From positions 2,720,001 through 2,784,000 of the forward strand of contig OZ242214.1 in NCBI GenBank assembly GCA_965206595.1: 64,000 bases of DNA. Direction: 5' to 3'. The position numbers were made by a program, and so were the translations under genes. The notes below the pieces were generated by a model. The model searched no databases, was not told the origin of the DNA, and saw only the letters and a program-made list of their open reading frames with translations. Numbering within the stretch: the first letter of the stretch is position 1; each line of letters starts with the position of its first letter. Source of the DNA: Candidatus Latescibacterota bacterium (GTDB taxonomy: Bacteria > Latescibacterota > UBA2968 > UBA8231). Below, piece by piece: positions 58,771 through 64,000 of the stretch.

Positions 58771-59337
58771 ATGAGCAGATTCAAGCAGTTGGATCGCACC
58801 GACCTCGACCCCGAGCAGACCCGTATCTACAACGACATCGTCGAATCCCGGGGCAGCATCGCCGGGCCGTTCAACATCTGGCTGCACAGCCCCGAGTTCG
58901 CCGACCGCGCCCAGAAACTGGGGGAATTCGTGCGCTACCGCACCAGCCTCGGGCCGCGCCTGAGCGAGCTGGGGATCCTGATCACGGCGCGCTTCTGGGA
59001 TTGCCAGGTCGAGTGGACCCTGCACGAGGGGGCGGCCATCGAGAGCGGCGTCAACCGCAACACCATCGACGCGATACGCCAAAGCCAGTACCCCGAGTTC
59101 AACCGCCGGGACGAGCACGCCGTGTACGACTACACCAGCGAGCTGCTCTACAACCGCTTCGTCCAGGACCGCTCCTTTGCCGCGGCCACCGAGGAGCTGG
59201 GCAAGACCGGGGTCGTCGAGCTGACCGGCCTGGTCGGCTACTACAGCATGGTCGCCCTGACCCTGAACGGCTTCCAGATACCGGTACCCGAGAACTACGC
59301 GCCCACCCTCGTCGACTGCCCCACCTTCCGGCGCTGA
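58771..59337 (+). CDS. Carboxymuconolactone decarboxylase/AhpD-family protein
   Basis: GPFNIWLHSPE, EWTLH, LVGYYSMV. Confidence 0.85.
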   Translation: MSRFKQLDRTDLDPEQTRIYNDIVESRGSIAGPFNIWLHSPEFADRAQKLGEFVRYRTSLGPRLSELGILITARFWDCQVEWTLHEGAAIESGVNRNTIDAIRQSQYPEFNRRDEHAVYDYTSELLYNRFVQDRSFAAATEELGKTGVVELTGLVGYYSMVALTLNGFQIPVPENYAPTLVDCPTFRR

Positions 59338-59340
59338 CGG

Positions 59341-60249
59341 CTACGCCAGCACCTCGCAGGCCTGCGTTATCTGCTCCGGGCGCTTTATCCCGAGCAGGAT
59401 GCTCGTGATCCCGGGAACGTTGACGGTCTCCTGCAGCACGTGCTCGTAGAGGCTCTGCCCCTGCTCCCGGGCGGCATCCTGCAGCTCGCTCACCTCCGCC
59501 ATGATCTCCTCGTCCTCGAGCTGCGGAATCCACGCTGGATTGTCCTCCGCCCTGCTGCCGGCTGGAACCCCCCCTTCGTACTTGCCGCTCAGCAGGCCGC
59601 TCTCCAGCACCCGGTACGGGACCAGGCCGATCCCCTCGCCGCGGCAGAGCGGCATCAGGTCCGCCTCGATGTCGCGGTGGACGAGGCTGTACTGGGGTTG
59701 ATGCAGCACCGGCCGCGGCCAGCCGCCGGCGTCGCAGGCGGCCAGCAGGTCCCTCGTCTGTCCGCTGTCGAAGTTGGAAATCCCCCAGAAGCGGGCTTTC
59801 CCCTCCTCGATCAGGGCCGCCATCGCCGCGACCGACTCCTCGACCGGGGTGGCCTCGTCCGGGGTGTGCATGTAGTAGACGTCGATCCAGTCCGTGCGCA
59901 GCCGCCGCAGGCTGCGCTCGCATTCCCGCCGCATGTGGGAGGCGCTCAGGCCGCGGTCGCCGGCCTCCGGCCCAACGGCCATCCCGACCTTGGTCGCGAT
60001 CACCGCTTTCCCCCTGCGGTCCGCCAGGGCTTTCCCGAGCAACTCTTCGGAGAGGCCGCCCGCGGACCCGATGTAGCGGGTGTAGCCTTCGTACATGTTG
60101 GCGGTGTCGAAGAAATTGGCGCCGCCTTCGAGAGCGGCATCGACGATGGCGGCGGCCTCCGCTTCCCCTACCGGGGTGCCGAAGAGCATGGTGCCGGTGC
60201 AGACTGCGGAGACCTCGATGTCGGTATTGGGGATCAGCCTCGATTGCAT
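59341..60249 (-). CDS. Aldo/keto reductase
   Basis: GTMLFG, FDTANMY, IATKV, SLRRLRTDWIDVYYMH, GISNF. Confidence 0.95.
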   Translation of the reverse strand: MQSRLIPNTDIEVSAVCTGTMLFGTPVGEAEAAAIVDAALEGGANFFDTANMYEGYTRYIGSAGGLSEELLGKALADRRGKAVIATKVGMAVGPEAGDRGLSASHMRRECERSLRRLRTDWIDVYYMHTPDEATPVEESVAAMAALIEEGKARFWGISNFDSGQTRDLLAACDAGGWPRPVLHQPQYSLVHRDIEADLMPLCRGEGIGLVPYRVLESGLLSGKYEGGVPAGSRAEDNPAWIPQLEDEEIMAEVSELQDAAREQGQSLYEHVLQETVNVPGITSILLGIKRPEQITQACEVLA

Positions 60250-60409
60250 GTCCGGTTTCCTGTCTTGTTGGGGGCAGTGCGTGCCGCCGGGGCTTCCCCG
60301 GCGCGGGCGGCCACTAATTAGGGCGCCCGGGCACCCGGGTTGCAAGGCGGGCGCCCGACGGATGAGGCCGCCCTGCCACAGGATACATTCAGCATCGGGA
60401 AGGAAGGCG

Positions 60410-60600
60410 TGAAAACCGTCCAGGCCGAAGAGGGATGGGTCCGTAGAATCCGCACGGGGGACGGAGCGGCGTTCGAACTGCTGTTTGGCTCGTACTGCCA
60501 GCCCCTGATCCGTTTCGTCCGCCGCTACGTGGGGGATACAACCATAGCGGAGGACCTGGTGCAGGATGTCTTCCTCGCCGTCTGGCGGAAATGGCAGGGA
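60410..60600 (+). pseudogene. ECF sigma factor N-terminal fragment
   Basis: GDGAAFELLF...AEDLVQDVFLAVW, then homology is lost. Confidence 0.8.
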
Positions 60601-60656
60601 TATGTCAGGCGATTGCCCTGCTCACATGTTGCTTCATCTGAACCCGGAGATTCGTC

Positions 60657-61331
60657 GTGAAAAGAACAATCGGGATTTTCGCCCTGCTGCTTTGCCTCTT
60701 CATGCTCTTCCCCACCGAAGAGGCAGCGGCAGAGCAGGTCAACGGTGGAGGGGACGTGCTCAACGAAGTCCCCATCTGGCCCGTTCCGCCCGGGATGACC
60801 CTGGAAGAATACACCGACGCCAACCGCAGACTGGGGGTCGGCCTGGCCTTGATGTCCGTGCCGCTCCCCGGGGCGTTGCACTTCTATGCCGGTGAAAGCA
60901 GAGAAGGGTGGATGCATGTCGGTGCCGCCGTGCTGGGGAGCGCTTCCATCGTTCTCGGCGCAGCCATGATCGACGAAACGAACAATGCCTGGGAAAAATC
61001 CGACTTCGAAACCGTCGACATCGAAGGAGAAAGCGAGGTTGTGCGATATGAGAAGATACCTGTCGAGGAAGAAGGCGGAGTGTTTACCTACCGGCTGAAA
61101 AAGCTCGAGCGCAAAACCGAGGGGGCCGGGGCTGCATTCGTGGCCCTCGGAGCCGGTCTGCTGGTGGGCCAATTACTGCACGACTTGATCGACGGCATAA
61201 AGACGATCGAGCGAAAGAGGGACGCGGTGAGGTATAAATACGGCAAATCAGCGGGGTACAAGTTGAGCGTGAATCCCGATGTGAATATCGAGCGAGGCAG
61301 CCTCGGGGCGCAGCTGGCGCTGCGCTTCTGA
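60657..61331 (+). CDS. Hypothetical exported or membrane protein
   Basis: Signal peptide, hydrophobic segments, C-terminal Phe. Confidence 0.65.
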   Translation: MKRTIGIFALLLCLFMLFPTEEAAAEQVNGGGDVLNEVPIWPVPPGMTLEEYTDANRRLGVGLALMSVPLPGALHFYAGESREGWMHVGAAVLGSASIVLGAAMIDETNNAWEKSDFETVDIEGESEVVRYEKIPVEEEGGVFTYRLKKLERKTEGAGAAFVALGAGLLVGQLLHDLIDGIKTIERKRDAVRYKYGKSAGYKLSVNPDVNIERGSLGAQLALRF

Positions 61332-61345
61332 TCCGGGCATTCACG

Positions 61346-61675
61346 GTGAAAGACATTAGCGACGACTGGGCCTTGCTGGCGCGTTATTTATCGGGCGAAC
61401 CGCGCCCCGCCGATATCGACATACACCTGGGGTGGATGCGCCGGGCGGCGTTCTTCGACGACGCCCCCCTGCGGGACGTCCTGTTCCAGCTGGAACGCTG
61501 GTACGATGTCCAATTCACTCTCGAGGACACTTCCATGGCCGCGGAACGACTCACCATGCACGTCGAGGCAAAGTCTCTCGACAGTGTTCTCGAGCTGATC
61601 TCGGCCCTGACGGGACTGGACTGCCGGCGTGACGACGGCAGGGTCCTGCTGGCATCGAGAGGCAAGGGCGGATGA
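61346..61675 (+). pseudogene. FecR-like anti-sigma with an internal deletion
   Basis: N-terminal LLARYLSGE joined directly to C-terminal FDDAPLRDVLFQLERWYDV. Confidence 0.75.
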
Positions 61676-64000
61676 TGGATCGCTTGACGAGAGCGATGCT
61701 CTGGACAATGGCGGCGCTCGCAATCGCCGCTCTGAACGACGCCGCGGCGGCGCGGCCCCCTGCCGTCCAGGTCGGCGGACTGAGGGTGCCCGAATCCGTG
61801 CTCACGGTGATATCCGTCGATCTCGAGAACGTCCCTTTCGAGGCGGCGCTTGCAGCCATCGCGGCAAAGGGAAACTTCGACCTGAGCTACAACCGCAGCC
61901 GCATCCCGGTCGATGAGAAGGTAACCGTGAGCATGGAGGGGATCCGCGCCCTGGATGCCCTGTCCTACGTGTTGGAGGAAACCGACACGGAACTTGCCGT
62001 TACCAGCGACGGACAGCTCGCGGTCGTTCCGTCGGCAGCTCCCGATGACCGGCGGGCGGAAAGGTCAGCCACCCTCAGCGGCTTCATCCGCGACCGCAGC
62101 GACGGCGAGCGCCTGCCCAACGCCACGGTCGCGGTCGGGGACCGGGAAATGGGCACCCTCAGCAACTCCGAAGGCTACTACGCCCTGCCCGGCATTCCGG
62201 CGGGAACCTGGGTAGTCGCCGTGTCCTACATCGGCTACGCCGTGCACCGGGACACCCTCCACCTCGCCGCCGGCCAGGAGCTGCGCCGGGATATCGAGCT
62301 GGATCGAGATGAGCTGAGGATGGAAGCCGTCGTCGTCGAAGCCGCGGCGGACCGGGTGGAGAACGAGCTGAGCCAGCAGACCAGCGTCGTCGTCCTGCCG
62401 ATGAAATCCCTGCAGAAGATGCCGGCCATGGGCGAAGCCGACCTGCTGCGCAGTCTGCAACTGTTGCCGGGCGTCCAGACGGCGTCGGATTACAGCAGCG
62501 GCCTCTACGTGCGCGGCGGCGGACCCGACCAGACCGGCATCCTGCTCGACCAGGTGCGGCTCTACAACCCGTCGCACGCCTTCGGCTTCTTCTCCACCTT
62601 CAACCCGGATGCCATCAAGGACGTCACCTTCTACAAGGGCGCCTACCCGGCCCGGTACGGCGGCAACCTCGGGGCCATCCTCGACGTGCAGAACCGCGAC
62701 GGCAACCGCCGCCGTTTCAGCAACAGCGGCGGCGTCAGCCTGATCTCCAGCCGCTTGATGAGCGAGGGGCCGCTGGGCAGGGGCTCGTGGATGGTGGCCG
62801 GCCGGCGCACCTACATCGACCCGGCGTTGCGGGCAGTGCGGAGGGGCGTCGACGACCTCGACGGCCTGGGCTACTGGTTCTACGACCTCAACGCCAAGAT
62901 CAACACCCAGCTGACGCCCGACGACAACCTCATGGTCAGCACCTACGGGGGCGACGACCATCTCGACATATCGGTGAGCGACAGCACCAACAGTCTTTCC
63001 TTCGGCAACGAGTGGGGCAACCGCGCCCTGACCGGGCGCTGGACGCACCTGTTCTCGCCGGCCCTGTTCGGGCGCGCCATCCTCCTGTACTCCAGGTACC
63101 ACAGCGACATCATCATCGACCTGTTCGGCACCCCGATCGAGATACGCAACAAAGTGCGGGACGTCACTCTCAAGGGGGATCTCGACTGGTTCGCCTCCCC
63201 GGACCACACGCTGCGCGCGGGCATCGACCTCACCCGTTTCCGCTTCGATTACGGGGTGCGCTTCGACGAGTACGAAGAGAACCAGATCGTAAAGCCGTAC
63301 CTGCTTTCCGCCTATATCCAGGACGACTGGCAGGCGACGCCCCTGACCGAGGCCCTGCTGGGTCTGCGCGCAACTTACTACGAGGAGGGCGGACGCTTTT
63401 CCCTGAACCCGCGTTTCTCGCTCAGCCGCGTGTTGCAGGAGGGCTGGCGCGTCAAGCTCGCCGGCGGCAGCTACCAGCAGTACCTGCAGCTTGTGTCTAC
63501 GGAGGGGTTCGGCGGCGGCGACCTCTGGGTCTCCCTCGACGAGACCGTGGATCCCGGGCGCTCGTACCAGGCGGTCTCGGGACTGGAGTGGGAGCCTTCC
63601 GCCGCCTGGCGGGTCAGCGTCGAGTCCTACTACACCGACCTGGCCAACCTCGTGGTCCTCGACGAGGACCTCGAAGAGAACGCCGAGCAGGAAACCTCGG
63701 AGGACGTATTCAAGACCGGCGGCGAGGGCTACGCCACCGGACTGGAGCTGTTCGCCGAGAAACGCCGCGGGCGCCTGAGCGGCTGGCTGGGCTATACCCT
63801 CGGATGGACGCGGAGAAGATTCCCGGAGATCGACGAGGGCCGCACCTTTCCGCCCAAGTACGACCGGCGTCACGACGTCTCGCTGACCGCCAAGTTCGAC
63901 GCGGACCGCTGGACCTGGACGGCCAACTTTGTCTACGGCACGGGCCAGGCCTACACCCCGGCCGGGGCCCGCTACACCCTGCGCGACCCGGCGGCCGACC
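61672..64000 (+). CDS. TonB-dependent receptor (STN, carboxypeptidase-like, plug and barrel), runs off the window
   Basis: GEADLLRSLQLLPGV...LYVRGGGPDQ, YKGAYPARYGG; missing from the ORF track because it has no stop. Confidence 0.93.
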   Translation, partial: MMDRLTRAMLWTMAALAIAALNDAAAARPPAVQVGGLRVPESVLTVISVDLENVPFEAALAAIAAKGNFDLSYNRSRIPVDEKVTVSMEGIRALDALSYVLEETDTELAVTSDGQLAVVPSAAPDDRRAERSATLSGFIRDRSDGERLPNATVAVGDREMGTLSNSEGYYALPGIPAGTWVVAVSYIGYAVHRDTLHLAAGQELRRDIELDRDELRMEAVVVEAAADRVENELSQQTSVVVLPMKSLQKMPAMGEADLLRSLQLLPGVQTASDYSSGLYVRGGGPDQTGILLDQVRLYNPSHAFGFFSTFNPDAIKDVTFYKGAYPARYGGNLGAILDVQNRDGNRRRFSNSGGVSLISSRLMSEGPLGRGSWMVAGRRTYIDPALRAVRRGVDDLDGLGYWFYDLNAKINTQLTPDDNLMVSTYGGDDHLDISVSDSTNSLSFGNEWGNRALTGRWTHLFSPALFGRAILLYSRYHSDIIIDLFGTPIEIRNKVRDVTLKGDLDWFASPDHTLRAGIDLTRFRFDYGVRFDEYEENQIVKPYLLSAYIQDDWQATPLTEALLGLRATYYEEGGRFSLNPRFSLSRVLQEGWRVKLAGGSYQQYLQLVSTEGFGGGDLWVSLDETVDPGRSYQAVSGLEWEPSAAWRVSVESYYTDLANLVVLDEDLEENAEQETSEDVFKTGGEGYATGLELFAEKRRGRLSGWLGYTLGWTRRRFPEIDEGRTFPPKYDRRHDVSLTAKFDADRWTWTANFVYGTGQAYTPAGARYTLRDPAAD

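Noticed and set aside
1-64000. tRNA or rRNA genes
   Set aside because: No cloverleaf or rRNA-like sequence recognised by eye

Overview
A bacterial window with GC-rich metabolic genes at both ends (1-7.5 kb and 55-64 kb) and a ~47 kb minus-strand type I restriction-modification locus (hsdM-hsdS-hsdR) between them. The hsd locus is packed with toxin-antitoxin and defence-like cassettes. The insertions are nested and can be read directly from the sequence. hsdS is split by an ISL3 element (20684-46996, 8-bp target duplication GAACCGAT). The ISL3 transposase is in turn split by a 24,863-bp element (21459-46321) with perfect 26-bp terminal inverted repeats (GGGGATTATATACATAATTCAGCAAG, continuing imperfectly for ~180 bp) and an 8-bp target duplication GGTCGATC. 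This element looks like an unusually large cargo-carrying IS1595-family transposon. Its left half is a tandem array of units: transposase, conserved non-coding module, 75-aa secreted His/Cys peptide, TolB/PD40 propeller, CBM9-like protein. The peptide and the CBM9-like loops diverge between units, while the two propeller proteins are identical. Its right half carries inverted XRE/Zn-finger arms around an amidohydrolase, plus SIR2-, HEPN- and SLATT-like cargo. One palindrome (TGTCGGTG-NN-CACCGACA) lies upstream of both XRE genes and in both transposase leaders. Both ends of hsdR are duplicated around inserted cassettes, one of which is a coupled ParB-like/nuclease-like/DNA methyltransferase triad. 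All product calls rest on motifs read by eye; no database searches were run.
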